Below, in pieces: positions 38,926-52,199 of a stretch of 64,000 nt of DNA; position 1 is the first letter of the stretch, and each line of letters begins with the position of its first letter. This DNA comes from Squalus acanthias (taxonomy: Eukaryota), in NCBI GenBank assembly GCA_030390025.1, contig CM059432.1, forward strand, positions 133,798,001 through 133,862,000, in the 5' to 3' direction. Under the pieces are notes generated by a model that worked only from the letters and a program-made list of their open reading frames with translations, searched no databases and had not been told where the DNA came from. A program made the translations under genes and the position numbers.

Positions 38926-39609
38926 CTATATATAAGGGTAGAGTTTACGAATTCCTACTCCTGGTGAGGAGCTTTGCATGTCAGAAGCAGAAATCACGAT
39001 CTCCGCAGGATTTTTCAGTCCGTTAGTCTTAAAGGATGGAAAATCCTGCCGGGCCTGCTGACATGGGCAGACTTGAGGTCACATGCTTGTAGTGAGCCAA
39101 TCAGACTGCACAAAATGGACAACAAGGCCTGCAGACACAGATTGACATGGGAAAATCATAATTCTTTTAAAATCTATGGATGAAATTTTTTTTCTTCATG
39201 TTTATTCAAAAAAAGATGTCAAATTCCACGTATTATAATTTCCTTCATTGCCTTTGGACTGCATTTAGTTTAGAGCTATCAAAATATACACTGGGTAATT
39301 ATTAAAATGCTAATACTGACATGAGCAAACTACTTTGAGTATTCAAAGAATTGCTTAGCTTTGAAACTACATAATGTATTCTTTAAGATAATGTCCGCAA
39401 TGCTGAATATTATGAAGCACAATTAGAAAAATCAGCACATTTCTGACTTCTAGTATTCCTTGGAATTAAATATTGATATTGATACAGAAAAGAAAGCTAC
39501 TGCAGTCGCCCAGTGATCCAAAGACTGCTCGCCTGAATGAAGAGAAAGAGTCATGTGAGGGCATTGTCCTGGTTATAAAAATAGAGCCGTGTGATGATGC
39601 ATTCAATGG

Positions 39610-39900
39610 CTTCTTCAACAGCACCTCCCAAACCCGCGACCTCTACCACCTAGAATGATAAGGGCAACAAGCTCCAAGTCACACACCATCCTGACTTGGA
39701 AATACATCGGCCGTTCCTTCATCGTCGCTGGGTCAAAATCCTGGAACTCCCTCCCGAACAGCACAGTGGGAGTACCTTCACCACACGGGCTGCAACAGTT
39801 CAAGAAGGCGGCTCACCACCACCTTCTCGAGGGCAATTAGGGATGGGCAATAAATGCTGGCCTTGCCAGCGATGCCCACATCCCATGAATGAATTTTTTA
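39610..39900 (+). mobile_element. 3' fragment of the CR1-like LINE family seen at 40955-42145
   Basis: SFIVAGSKSWNSLP and tail gggcaataaatgctggccttgccagc. Further copies at 44043-44190, 47525-47718 and 54795-55065. Confidence 0.85.
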
Positions 39901-40487
39901 AAATTATGGCGTCAATCACATTTGACACAACTAATTTTAAATTGCAGTTTTTAAGCAAAAAATAAAAATTAGAAAAAAGAAACTTAAAATAGATAAACAC
40001 AGTGTGACAGGTGACGCATCCACAGTGGTGCAAACCTCCCATTGCTGCCAACAAGCCATCACAGCAGAGGAGTTTTCAAAGCAGGCTGTCAGAATGAGCA
40101 AGTGTGACAACACTTCAATAAAGCACGAATGCCTTTATACGCTACTAAATATTCTTAAAACAGACAACATTGTATATTTTTACGTACCTCTAAAATTTAT
40201 TTTCTCCCGAGTCTATACTATTAGCAAGCATCTAAACTATTTAAGTAGCAAGGGGTTTAAGGCCTCCATTAAAATCACAGGGAGGAATTTGATACAAATC
40301 TATTTCGCTTTCAAAGGCTAGAGTCGCAAACCGTCATTTCTACCTTACAGTATCAATGACCAATTCATTGTTTCTACCTTTAATAACACACAAAGGTCCA
40401 CATTGGGCTTGCGCCATTAGTACCAAAAAAGGTGTACAGGAAAGTGCCAGATGTCTGAGCCACAGGATCACCGATCACTGCACCTAC

Positions 40488-40514
40488 CTGCTCGTGCTTC
40501 TTTTCTTCTTCCAT
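40488..40514 (-). CDS. OFCC1: Candidate first coding segment of OFCC1, MEEEKKHEQ (exon possibly 40576-40488)
   Basis: ATG in aaagATGG context. Donor CAG|gtaggt is phase 0 and joins KFQQ in frame. Resembles the MERE start of human OFCC1. Upstream acceptor ttcttcctgattcaatag. Confidence 0.5.
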
Positions 40515-40861
40515 CTTTAAGTTGATTATCTTATACACTGCATCCCTTTTTTGCTTTGGAATCACAAAAAGCGTACCTATTGAATCAGGAAGAAACAAAG
40601 CCACATTTACACGAGATAAGGTTGCGCTCTTATTTTCACCTGTTTTTTTTCAAACTCTTATGCCCTTTTCATAAAGTTACATTTCTTCCAAATTAGCTTC
40701 ACAAATCATCCCATCAATGCTGTACTTCTTACCTGGAAGTGAAAAAATGAGCAGCATGGTGAAGGAGCAACATGGCGTACTCTGCCAGTTTAGAACACTG
40801 GTTTCATTTTTCTCTCTGCTGAATTCCTGACTTCAGCCATTCTAATAAAGACTTGCATTTA

Positions 40862-42745
40862 ATCTAGGACAAAATCTAGGCTGACACTCCCCCAGTGCAG
40901 TACTGAGGGAGTGCTGCACTGTCGGAGGTGCCATCTTTCAGATGAGACATTAAACCAGAGGTGAGGTGAGAGTGACTGCCCTTGACATCAAGGCAGCATT
41001 TGACCGAGTGTGGCATCAAGGAACCCTAGTAAAACTGAAGTCAATGGGAATTGGGGGGACAACTCTCCACTGGCTGGAGTTGTACCTAGCACTAAGGAAG
41101 ATGGTTGTGGTGGTTGGAGCTCAATCATCACAGCCCCAGGACATCACGGCAGGAGTTCCTCAGGGCAGTGTCCTAGGCCCAACCATCTTCAGCTGCTTCA
41201 TTAATGAAATTCCCTCCAACATAAGGTCAGAAATGGGGATGTTTGCTGATGACTGCACAGTGTTCAGTGCCATTCACAACTCCTCAGATAATGAAGCAGT
41301 CCATGCCCGCATGCAACAAAACCTGGATGACGTTCAGGCTTGGGCTGATAAGTGGCAGGTAATATTCATGCCACAGAAGTGCCAGGCAATAACTATCTCC
41401 AACAAGCGAGAGTCTAACCACCGCCCCTTGACATTCAATGGCATTACCATCGCCAAATCCCCCACCATCAACATCCTGGGGGTCACCATTGACCAGAAAC
41501 TTAACTGGACCAGCCACATAAATACTGTGGCAACAAGAGCAGGTCAGAGGCTAGGTATTCTGCGGCGAGTGTCTCACTTCCTGACTCCCCAAAGCCTTTC
41601 CACCATCTACAAGGCACAAGTAAGGAGTGTGATGGAATACTCTCCACTTGCCTGGATGAGTGCAGCTCCAACAACACTCAAGAAGCTCGACACCATCCAG
41701 GACAAAGCAGCCCGCTTGATTGGCACCCCATCCACTACCTTAAACATTCACTCCCTCCACCAGCGGCGTACCATGGCTGCTGTGTGTAATCTACAAGATG
41801 CACTGCTGCAACTCACTGAGGCTTCTTCAGCAGAACCTTCTAAACCCGCAACCTCTTCCACCTAGAAGGACAACGACAGCAGGCGCATGGGAACACCACC
41901 ACCTCCAAGTTCCCCTCCAAGTCACACACCATCCTGACTTAGAAGTTTATCGCCGATCCTTCATCATCGCTGGGTCCAAATCCTGGAACTCCCTACCTAA
42001 CAGCACTGTGGGAGTACCTTCACCACACGGACTGCAGCAGTTCAAGAAGGCAGCTAACCACCACCTTCTCAAGGGCAGTTAGGGATGGGCAATAAATGCT
42101 GGCCTTGCCAGCTTCGCCCACATCCCATAGACGAGTAAAAAAAAACGAAGGCCCCATCTGCCCTCTCAGGTGGACGTAAAAGATCCCATGGTACTATTTC
42201 AAAGAAGAGATGGGGAATTTTCCCTGGTGTCCTGGCCAACATTGATCCCTCAACCAACTGTTAAAAAATGATTATCTGGTCATTATCACACTTCTGCTTG
42301 TGGGAGCTTGCGGTGTTCAAATTGGCTGCACGTTTCATACATTGCAACAGTGACTACACTTCAAAAGCACTTCATTGGCTGTAAAGCAGTTTGGGACGTC
42401 CTGAGGTCATGAAAGGTGCTATATAAATGCTTTCTTTTCAATGTAGCCCCAATCTCAAGTGGATGTAAAAGAGCCCATGGCCCTAATTGAAAAAGAGTAA
42501 AAGGAGTTCTCTCCCGGTGTCCTGGACAATATTTATCCCTCAATCAACATCACTATATAAAACAAAACAGATGATATGGTCACTATCACATTGCTGCTTG
42601 TGGGAGTTTGCTGTGTGCAGATTGGCTACCGCGTTTCCTACATTACAACAGTGACTATACTTCAATATGTACTGCATTGGTTATAAAGCGCTTTGGGATG
42701 TCCCGAGAACGTGAAAGTTGCTATCTAGATGCAAGTCTTTTTTTT
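40862..42745 (+). mobile_element. Deu-domain SINEs (SacSINE1/AmnSINE1-like): one split by the LINE (40862-40954 plus 42146-42435) and a second partial copy (42445-42745)
   Basis: ggtggacgtaaaagatcccatgg...tgtcctggccaa...tctggtcattatcaca...gtgggagcttgc...aaattggctgc Deu-domain pattern with an L2-like tail. Confidence 0.8.
40955..42145 (+). mobile_element. Non-LTR retrotransposon (CR1/Jockey-group RT), 5'-truncated, inserted into a Deu SINE
   Basis: 299-aa ORF with LDIKAAFDRVWH, GVPQGSVLGP, MFADD, LGVTIDQKLNW, YKAQVRSVMEY. Frameshift near 41790 and an A-rich end. Confidence 0.93.
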
Positions 42746-42759
42746 GAACACTTGACTGA

Positions 42760-45570
42760 TGGATCTGGTCAGGAACCGGAGCACAAATGCTGAGCAAGGT
42801 TATAATCAACGCCACACCACAACCAGAGTTCGTTCAGAAAGAGCCATTCTGAAACAGAGGTCCCGCTACCTGGACCGGACTGGAGGGGGTCTGTCAGTAT
42901 AGTCCAGAAGGGTCTCCAGAATTGTCCTGCTTTACTCCATTTTCCATGACTTTGCCCTGAACAGGGAGCTGCCATTGGAGTCGCCTCACAAAGAAGACGT
43001 GGAGGAGCAGGATGAAGAGGAAGACCAGGCAGCTGAGGACAACGGGAAAGAACAAGGGCCAGCAGTGCTGTCAGCTGCCGCAGCTCTACATCTGCAACTA
43101 ATGAAAGCTTCCACTGAATCATTCCCTCCCCCAATGCACCAACTGTCCCTCCTACCTCATAATGTCCTAATCTTCAACACGAAGATAAATGCAAAGTAAA
43201 TGAAGCCAAGCAGCAAACTGGTTGATCACGGTTCACTGCAAGTTTGTTTACAGTGATGCTTGAGAACTAAAAATCCCACTCATGCGAACCTCTAGTGATC
43301 GCCTTCTGTGCTTGTTTGCCTATCCTGGTGCTCCTACAAGGTGCTTCCCCAGTGGGACCAGCTTGGGAGGTGGAAGGCTGGTGAACTTCCAACGAGGGTA
43401 CTTGAGATGGCCGGGGTGGGCGACCTCGAGGAGCTCTGCGCATAGAAGGTCCCGGCTGCAAACTGCAGTGTGTCGGCAGCAATTGGGGCACCCTGGCCCA
43501 GCTGGCTGCCTGACACTGACACTGGTACTGGTTTAGAGGTTGGCAGGGAGCAACCATTGCCATGATCCTGAGGGAGAATAGCATCTGCCTGTCCCATGGT
43601 GGAAATGCCACTGTCACGGGGTTGCACCTCACCACTCACACTCCTTTGTGCGTGAATAAAGTCCAAAAGCGAGATGGCATTTTGGTAGCCCATATTCATA
43701 GTCTCCTTCCTGCCTTGAAAGCAAGAAGAACTGCTGGAGCCTAGAGCCACGGTGGTGGCACTCTGAGCTTCCATTGTAACTGTCAGAGCAGTCACCAGAA
43801 TCTCTAGCACTCTGGGTCCTGCTATCGTATTCATTGAGCTGATCAGATGCTCCATGGTTGCCTGCGTTATGCCCCTCTGCAATACCTTCAGAAGTTGGAG
43901 TTGGACTGCTCCATGCTGCCCGTCATTGTGTGCAGGCTCACTGGCAGGCAGTCCAGTGCACTGAGTAGTTTGCCATCCACAGCCATCAGTCTTCTTCTAT
44001 AGGACGAACTCTCAAAGTCAGCATTTGTGCCCTCTGCAGCAGCCAACAGCACTGTGGGAGTACCTTCACCACGCGGGCTGCAGCGGTTCAAGGCGGCGGC
44101 TCACCACCACTTTCTCAAGGGCAATTAGGGATGGGCAATAAATGCTGGCCTTGCCAGCGATGCCCACATCCCAGGAATGAATAAGAAAAAGGCCTAGAAT
44201 ATGAGCTTGCCCACCAGCAAGCTAGTTTCTGGACCATGCTTCCACCCTGCCCTTGCTTCTGCGCTCTTGTGCTGGGTACATCCTTCAGTGCAGACCCCTC
44301 TACCCGACTCTCCACACCAAGCGGGGTGCCAACCTTTGAGAGTAAGGTCAAGTGATGGGAGTGTGCTCTGGGAGGCTGCCCTCCTCTTCCTCTGATCCAA
44401 GATGGCCTTCTATTTCTGCCCTGACCTGGAAAGGGGTAAGAGGGACAAGGGTTGGCAGTTAGTGGGAAGAGTAAGCAGAGAGAGATGAGTGTGAGTTCAA
44501 AGCAGGACCACTTCGCCAGAGTGTGCATAGGGAGTGATTTCAGTGAGAGAGGAAAAGATGGCCAAACAATCTGCCAAGCGTGTCCTCCAGTCTGGCCAGC
44601 CATAATTCTCCTGATGTGCCCATGACCACAATATCCATGGCGCCCTCTTCCAAAGGGGAGAGGACATGGATGAATGGTCTCCTTACTCCTGTCCGTCCGT
44701 GTTCTCTGATGTTGTGTTCCAACTTGTCCTGCAAGAAGATAGGAAGTGTGTTAGTGGGCGGGCTGGTGAAAGGTGGTGCAGATGTGGCTGTCAGGGTGGA
44801 ATAGTGTTGCTGGCATGTGAAAGATGGCACCGGAGTGCGGAAGTGATGGGAGTGATTGTGAGGACAGCAGCAGGTGCAGAGTGTGTCAACAGCAGCAGAG
44901 GAGGTTGAGTAAGGTGTGCTGCCATGATTGGAGGGGAATGATGAGAAGCAGGGCAGGGAAGGCTTGTGAGTGCCAGGGCTACAGGTGGTGCAGGGCTAAG
45001 GAGAGAGTGAGAGATTGAGAGTGAGAGTCTTACCTTAGCAGCTGTAGTGAAATCATTGAATTTCTTCCAGCATTGTAGCCACGTCCTGGGTGCAATGCTC
45101 CTGGCATTCACCTACTCTGCCACCTATGACCACTGTTGCCACACAACTTGCCTAGGCACCCTTCTGCCATCAGGATGAAGTAGTACCTCTCTCCTCCAGG
45201 GGACCTCCTGCACCAACACCTCTAGCGCAGCATCAGCAAATCAGGAGGTCCTTACTGCAGTAACTCTGTTTGATGCTTTTTACTGTGCAACGCAAAATCA
45301 GCTCACAGCAGCCAATATTCACCTCCCCTTTAAGAAGTGTAGGCTGCCTTTAAATGGCGTCACTGACCTTCGAATTCTGGCACCCCCCACCTCTCCCCCT
45401 AATCGGCGAGCAGCCAATAAACAGTGCGAGGAGTGCTGGCAGCTTGCCATGCATATTAATATGAGGCAGCATTCCAATTTCGCACGTGCCTCTCGCTGAC
45501 CTCATTGGGCGCACGTTTTCAGGGCAGTGCCGATTTTGCGCGGTGTCTGTTGATAACCATATTTCTCGGC
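42760..45570. mobile_element. Decayed PIF/Harbinger element
   Basis: Minus-strand Myb remnant NARSIAPRTWLQCWKKFNDFTTAAKV (about 45030-45110), acidic transposase-end-like remnant on the plus strand (42960-43130), right end ATTTCTCGGCC. Same layout as 4416-8455. Confidence 0.7.
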
Positions 45571-46084
45571 CATCTGGGAAAGGCACTCAAGAGGAGCTGC
45601 GAAAGAAAAGAAAAATCTAGAAAACTGCCACTTTACATTATTAATATGGTCTAAGTTTCCTTAAAGAGCTTGTGTTGCATTTACCTTCCAGCAATGCTAC
45701 CACCGGCAGGCCTGACTTTGGCAACAGTGTCAGAAGATAAATGAGGCAATGCTGCTACCCTTGCGGTGCCAAGACCTCACCTGAAGAAATGGTTTTCCTT
45801 GTTATCTCTGGAGATAGCCGCATTAGCAGCAGTCCAGCCATGAAAATGGCTACTGGCTGCTGCTCTTTTATTTCTGGCCACAGGCAGGCTGAGTGATCGG
45901 GCCCACCTGTACAGACCTAAAATTGAGGCATCATACTTGCCAAGGTTTCCCAACCATCGGGGAACATCCAGCTGCCAGAATTGAAGTCACGATTTGCAAA
46001 CTTGCAACAGCTATTTTGGTCAGCAGTGTGCCTGATACTTGCATAAACCCCTCACGATCCAAATCAAAAACTGAGAAATCCACA

Positions 46085-46370
46085 CAACAACCTGCATTTA
46101 TATAGCGCCTTTAACATAGTAAAACGTTCTAAGTCGCTTCACAGGGACGTTATCAAACAAAATTTGACACCGAGCCACATAAGGGGATATTAGGGTAGAT
46201 GATCAAAAGCTTGGTCAAAGAGGTAGGTTTAAAGGAGTGTCTTAAAGAAAAAGAGAGGGAGAGAGGCGGAGAAGTTTAGGGAGGGAATTCCAGAGCTTAA
46301 GGCCTTGGCAGCTGAAGGCACGGCCACCAATGGTGGAGCGATGAAAATCGGGGATGCGCAAGAGGCCAGA
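46085..46370 (-). mobile_element. L2 LINE 3' fragment
   Basis: L2 tail and 3' body. Confidence 0.85.
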
Positions 46371-46933
46371 ATGAATGTAAATAGAGTTTCTGTTTGCCTA
46401 ACACAGAGTATACACTCTCTCTCCCCGCTCCCACAGACAAATCTCCCTTACCTAAAACCAAAGAATTTAAGGGCCCACTCCCCAGTCCTGTGCTCAATGC
46501 GCTCCCTGCGAGTGCAGGAACCATAATCAGTCCTTTAATTTCACAACACCAAGAGCCCCAGCATACTGCAAAACCACTTCAACTTAAAGCAATTCCGTAA
46601 CATAAACATTAGAGTATAACAATTAAAATTGCAATACTCTGGCAGACACTGAATAATGAGGTGTTAATTGTTCATCTAAATGAGTCAGTTCCACAGATTA
46701 GCATTTATAAAGGTGTAAAAGAGTCATCATGTTCTGCTTTTTAAGTGTGCATTATGGATTGAAAAGCTACGCTGAAATGAGCTGTTATACTTCCACAGAA
46801 CAGACTTGCCATAAAAATTATACGAGAGAATTTTTTTTTTTAAATCTTTGTATTTAAATGAGTATACGCAAAAGTGATGTAGACTGCAATACATGTGACA
46901 CAGGAAAGTATGGAACGTTTTACTGATCTGCCA

Positions 46934-47030
46934 TTCTGATGATAGGTCATCGACCTGAAATGCTAACTGTTTCTCTCGCCACAGATGCTGCCTGACCTGC
47001 TGAGTGTTTCTAGCATTTTATGTTTTTATG
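46934..47030 (+). ncRNA. Penelope pLTR fragment with degenerate hammerhead ribozyme core
   Basis: CTGATGA T AGGTC ATC GACCT GAAA at 46936-46960, but helix III / cleavage triplet is altered (TGCT). Confidence 0.5.
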
Positions 47031-47899
47031 TCTTATTGTTCCTGTTCCTTCTAGTTTGCATAATTGTGGTGCATGCTGATTCATTTAATCTCTTGTATGA
47101 GGTGAAGAGCCATAGATACAACTTACAAGATGATAAAATCTGTAATTTTTTTTTAATCTTCGATCCCTGCAGGTAATGGGAGTGAAAATCAAGCTCAGGT
47201 TATCAATCTGACATCACCACACTGATCAGATATTTTTTTAGCAGTACTGGAAGTATAGTGTTTTCATAAAGTATTTGATTATCTATGCACATAGTTATCC
47301 TTATAACTTACAAGATAGTTCTCCTGCTATTTATTGGAATGCCTTTTACATACCCACTTCTCATTTCTAATCTTAACTGAGGATTGTTTTCTACTCTTTA
47401 GATCTGGGACCACAGTTTACATTAAATAATCTGTTTATATCTACATCATCCATGCCTTTCAGAGCTAGATCACATCTCTCAATTTTCTTGTTTTCCAATG
47501 AAAATCAAGCTTAATTCTTTGTGCTCTCCTTCATTGTCACTGGGTCAAAAATCCTGGAACTCCCTACCTAACAGCTTGTGGGAGCACCTTCACCACACGG
47601 ACTGCAGCGGTTCAAGAAGAAGCCCCGTCACTGCCTTCTCAAGGGCAACTAGAGATGGGCAATCAATGCTGGCCTTGCCAGCGGTGTGCCACATCCCGTG
47701 AATTAATTCAAAAAAAACTTTTCCACATTAGTCACCCAGTACCAGCATAAAGCATTTCCAGGTCCTGTACAGAACATCCAGAGTGAAGCTGCCTCTAACT
47801 TATCCCCACACTGTAGCACGCTTTTGCGAGATCAACAATGTCTGACAGGAATGGTTGCCTGAACCAAGGAACCAATGGAGTCCACAGCACAGTGGAGAT

Positions 47900-48760
47900 G
47901 CTCTGGCTATGATTGGATAGGTAAGAGTGGAACCAAACGAGGGCAATCCACTGAGCTGGACAATGGAGGAGAGGTGTTGTAGGAGGATGGTGTGGTTAAC
48001 CATGTCAAAGGCTACAGAGAGGTCAAGGGGGATAATGCACCATGGTCACAGAGGGACGTCATTTGTGGCTTTGGTTAGGGCCGTTTTGCTGCTATAGCAG
48101 GGATGGAAACCTGATTGGAGAGATTCAAACATGGAGTTGCAGGAAATATGGGCACGGATTTGGGAGGCAACAGTACAGACAAGAACTTTGGAGAGGAAAG
48201 GGAGGTTGAAGATGGGACAGTAGTTTGCAAGGGCAGAGAGGTTATGGGTGGGTTTCTGGGAGGGTCAAGGTAAGGTGGAATGAGGCCATGGAGTGATTTA
48301 CAAATGAGAACAAGGTTTTGAAGTTGATGCACTAATGGCCAAGGAGCTAATGGAGGTCAGCAAGGATCAGGGTGACAGGTGAGTGGGACTTACGGTGGGA
48401 TAGCATGCAATAGCAGAGTTCTGGATATGTTGGAGTTTAAGTAGGGTGGAGGTTACAGCGAGGAGGACATCGGAACAGTCAAGTACCGAGGTGCAGATTT
48501 ATGAATGAGGATTTCCGGGGCAGTGGGGTGAGGGGAGCGAGGTGGGGGGGAGTGGTGCGGGGAGGGACAGAGATGGAATAAATTTCAGGAGGTGAAAGTA
48601 AGCAGCCTGGGATGGACTGGATTTGGGGTCTAAAAGTAAAATCAACATCGAGTAAGGTTACACACTATTGGTTGAGTGAACATCCAGGAAAGGAGCATCG
48701 AGTAGGTCAGCAAGGTTACACACTACTGAGCTGAGGTTGAGTGAACATTCAGGAAAGGAG
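47900..48760 (-). mobile_element. Degraded L2 LINE RT fragments
   Basis: VNHTILLQHLSSIVQL, similar to 7600-7930. Contains a small internal tandem duplication at about 48646-48762. Confidence 0.75.
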
Positions 48761-49194
48761 CAAGTGTGTGGAATCGGGGCTATGGTGCTGAGATTCTAGC
48801 AGCAGCTGAATAGGATGATCAATCTTACCAATACTGAACAGCAGACAATTCTGATAGCAGATGGCACTCAGAAAGGACAGCTTTTGGTCACCCCTCCTAA
48901 TATCTCCTTCGTTGGCTCGGCGTCCATGCAAATTGTTGTTATTTTAAATTAGCTACTGCTTCGTTAAATCAAGTTACTTTTCACCAGCAAGTTGGAACAG
49001 TTGCATCAAGCATGAGAAACATATCTCAACAAACTGAAAGTGCTTCACAAGTCAGCCCCGGGTGTAGCAAGAGTGGATTATATAGGGGGTGAAATGGATG
49101 GACATTCATGGGGGAAGTGGGGAGAACACTCAAATTCCCAAAAGAACTGATTCCTCAATCAGGAGCAGTACTCACAGCTAAATGGAAGATTGCA

Positions 49195-49750
49195 ACAGCA
49201 ACAACTTGTATTTATATAGCGCCTTTAACGTAAAACGTCCCAAGACGCTTCACAGGAGTATTAAAAGACAAAAATTTGACACCGAGCCACATAAGGAGAA
49301 ATTAGAGCAGGTTTTAAGGAGCGTCTTAAAGGAGGAAAGAGAGGTAGTGAGGCGGAGAGGTTTAGGCAGGGAATTCCAGAGCTTAGGGCCTAGGCAACAG
49401 AAGGCACGGGCCACCAATGGTTGAGCGATTATAATCAGGGATGCTCAAGAGGGCAGAATTAGAGGAGCGCAGGTATCTCAGGGGGTTGTGGGGCTGGAGG
49501 GATTTGAAAACAAGGATGAGAATTTTGAACTCGAGGCGTTGCTTAACCGGGAGCCAATGTAGGTCAGCGAGCACAGGGAGATGGGCGAACGGGACTTGGT
49601 GCGAGTTAGGACACGGGCAGCTGAGTTTTGGATCACCTCAAGTTTACGTAGGGTGGAATGTGGGAGGCCAGCCAGGAGTGCGTTGGAATAGTCAAGTCTA
49701 GAGATAACAAAGGCATGGATGAGGGTTTCAGCAGCGATGAGCTGAGGCAA
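49195..49750 (-). mobile_element. L2 LINE 3' fragment
   Basis: AETLIHAFVISRLDYSNALLAGLP and the L2 tail. Confidence 0.9.
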
Positions 49751-49859
49751 TGGACACCCTGCTGCCTGTGATTTTTCCATCCATTTAAATTAACAGACGG
49801 AAAATCAGGGGCTCCAGGCCGGCGATTTCCCAACCAGTGCCCCCCCACCTCAAGAGTGC

Positions 49860-50110
49860 TGAATCTGTTTCTCCCTGCCTAGCCCAGTGTATGACATTGT
49901 AATTCTGAGATCATGACCTGAAAGTCTAACTTTTTAATCTTGAATCCAACAAATGACGAGTAGGCCTTCATCCAACTCTTTCCCATATCATCGGTTCCTG
50001 CTCCTATTCCAATGGTTTTGCACCCGCTCCATTATGTCCTTTACCCGGGCAACTGGGAGGCACAGTCCCATTCCGAACTCCCAGTCACACCTGGCAAACA
50101 GACTTTCTAA
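49860..50110 (-). mobile_element. CR1 ORF1 SGNH-esterase remnant
   Basis: CLPVARVKDIMERVQ and GTDDMGK resemble the CLPGARVKD / GTND motifs of CR1 ORF1 esterases. Confidence 0.6.
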
Positions 50111-50309
50111 ATCCCTTAAAACTACGATTCGCCTTTTCTTCTGGATTTGTCGAGTGTCACAGGCCCTGTCAAGCATCATAGGTGTCAAGCACAGGTTACC
50201 AAATGGACAAGTGCAGGATTCCAATGGATTCTTGCACGAGCAATTCTTGCTTCCTCTTACTCACTCTGCCCTCTGTCTGCTTCATTATACAATGCTATCC
50301 ATGGGATGA

Positions 50310-50840
50310 AAAAGAAAGACTTGGATTTATATTGAGCCTTTCACGACATCAGGACGTCCCAATCGCTTTACAGACAACAAAGTACTTTTTGAAATGTAGG
50401 CACTGTTGTAATGTAGGAAACATGGCAAGCTCCCACAAACAGCAATGTGATAATGACCAGATCATCAGTTCTGAGGAAGGGTCATCGACCTGAAACGTTC
50501 ACTCTGTTTCTCTCTCTACAGATGCTGCCTGACCTGCTGAGTCTTTCCAGCATTTTCTGTTTTTATTTCAGTTGATGTTGGTTGAGGGATAAATATTGGC
50601 CAGGACACCGGGGAGAACTCCCCTGCTCTTCTTCGAATAGCACCATGGGATCTTTTACGTCCACGTGAAAGGGCAGACGAGGCCTCAGTTTAACGTCTCA
50701 TCCGAAAGACGGCACCTCCGACAGTGCAGCACTCCCTCGGTATTGCACGGGAGTGCCAGCCTCGATTTTGTGCTCAATTCTCTGGACTGGGACTTGAACC
50801 CACGACCTTCTGACTCAGAGGTGAGAGTGCTACTGGGTCA
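50310..50840 (-). mobile_element. Near full-length Deu-domain SINE with a Penelope pLTR fragment inserted at about 50466-50570
   Basis: Reverse complement shows a tRNA-like head (gggttcaagtccc B box), Deu body and L2-like tail. Confidence 0.85.
50467..50504 (+). ncRNA. Minimal hammerhead ribozyme motif in a Penelope pLTR fragment
   Basis: AGTT CTGAGGA A GGGTC ATC GACCT GAAAC GTT CACT. Confidence 0.6.
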
Positions 50841-51266
50841 TAAGCTTCTAAAAAAACACCTTTCCTCCTCCCCTATGCTGTAGACGGTAGCCAGCTGGTC
50901 CTCAAGTTTAGCATCTGACACTTAACCTCTGACACTTCATGCATATGTACTCTTTTAGGCTACTTTACTGATCCAGATTAGGCCACAACAAAGCATGCCA
51001 TAAACATCACAAGTTTACCATCTGATCCGACCATTTTTAGAATCACAACTGTATTGCTACTCACAGTTGCTCTCTTTACATCATGTTCTCCTTGGCCTCT
51101 CTTGCCTTGTTTACTAATTTATCACAACTTTTAGAAATCTTTTACAATTTGCTGTATCTTAATATTCTAGTTTCATGTACCCTTTTAAATATCTTTCCCA
51201 TTTAAATATCATATATATATATATATAGCTTTCAAATGAACTTATATACTATCTTAAATTTCTCTC

Positions 51267-51535
51267 AACAACAGCTTGTATTTATATAGCGCCTTTAACG
51301 TAGTAAAACGTCCCACGGTGCTGCACAAGAGCGTTATCAAACAAAATTTGACATGAGATATTAGGTGACCAAAATCTTGGTCAAAGAGGTAGGTTTTAAG
51401 GAGCGTCTTAAAAGGAGGAGAGGTACAGAGGCAGAAAGGCTTAGGGATTGAATTCCAGAGTTTCGGATCTCAACAGCTGAAGGCATGGCCGCCAATGGTA
51501 GGGCAATGAAAATCAGGGATGCGCAAGAGGCCAGA
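51267..51535 (-). mobile_element. L2 LINE 3' fragment
   Basis: L2 tail and 3' body. Confidence 0.85.
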
Positions 51536-52199
51536 ATCTCCTACACCTTTGTCTTTTACAAAGAAAAGCAAACAGCTTTTGGAATGTTTGTTTTAGCAAT
51601 ACAAGCTGTAATCCACAGGGCAATTTTTTGCTATGATGTTTTTGTGAAAAATTAATGATTTACCTGTTAATTTTGTTTGTTAACAATAACTGCACGCTGT
51701 TTGCAACAACACATCCTTTACTTTAAGGGCAGAGATTAAACAATGCTTTCTCACTGAATTCAGCTATTTGATATTACCGTCACAAGTTTATCTGTTCTGA
51801 TACTGAACTGAACTAGACTTTGCATAAACATAGAGGGCAGTACCATTTTTCTCCAATATAGCAGGAAAAATCAATAATCTGTAACAAAAAAAAGTTTAAA
51901 GTGATGTATAACACTAAACTACCGGCGTTATTTTATAAGCACATGACGTGTGAGTTTTCAAAGGTGGAAAGCCAAACTGTGCAAAGCTGCTTTGGCAAGA
52001 AATTGACGGAAAGCTTCCCATTTCATGTGGAAAGTACTTTGAATATTTTTTTTTTCTGCTGCCCTTGCAGTTCTATTTTTAAAGAGTCAATCCGAATTGA
52101 GAGCAGCAATAAAAAGATAAATTGCAAGAGCTGTAAAATACAACCCAAATAAATAATGCACACAAATTATTCAATTAAATTAGAGTGGCGAAAGGTGAT

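Noticed and set aside
40966..41865. Domesticated or active reverse transcriptase gene
   Set aside because: 5'-truncated, starts at GTG, frameshifted near the end and inserted inside a SINE: an ordinary dead LINE copy.
50770..50840. tRNA gene
   Set aside because: It is the tRNA-derived head of a SINE, with no complete cloverleaf.
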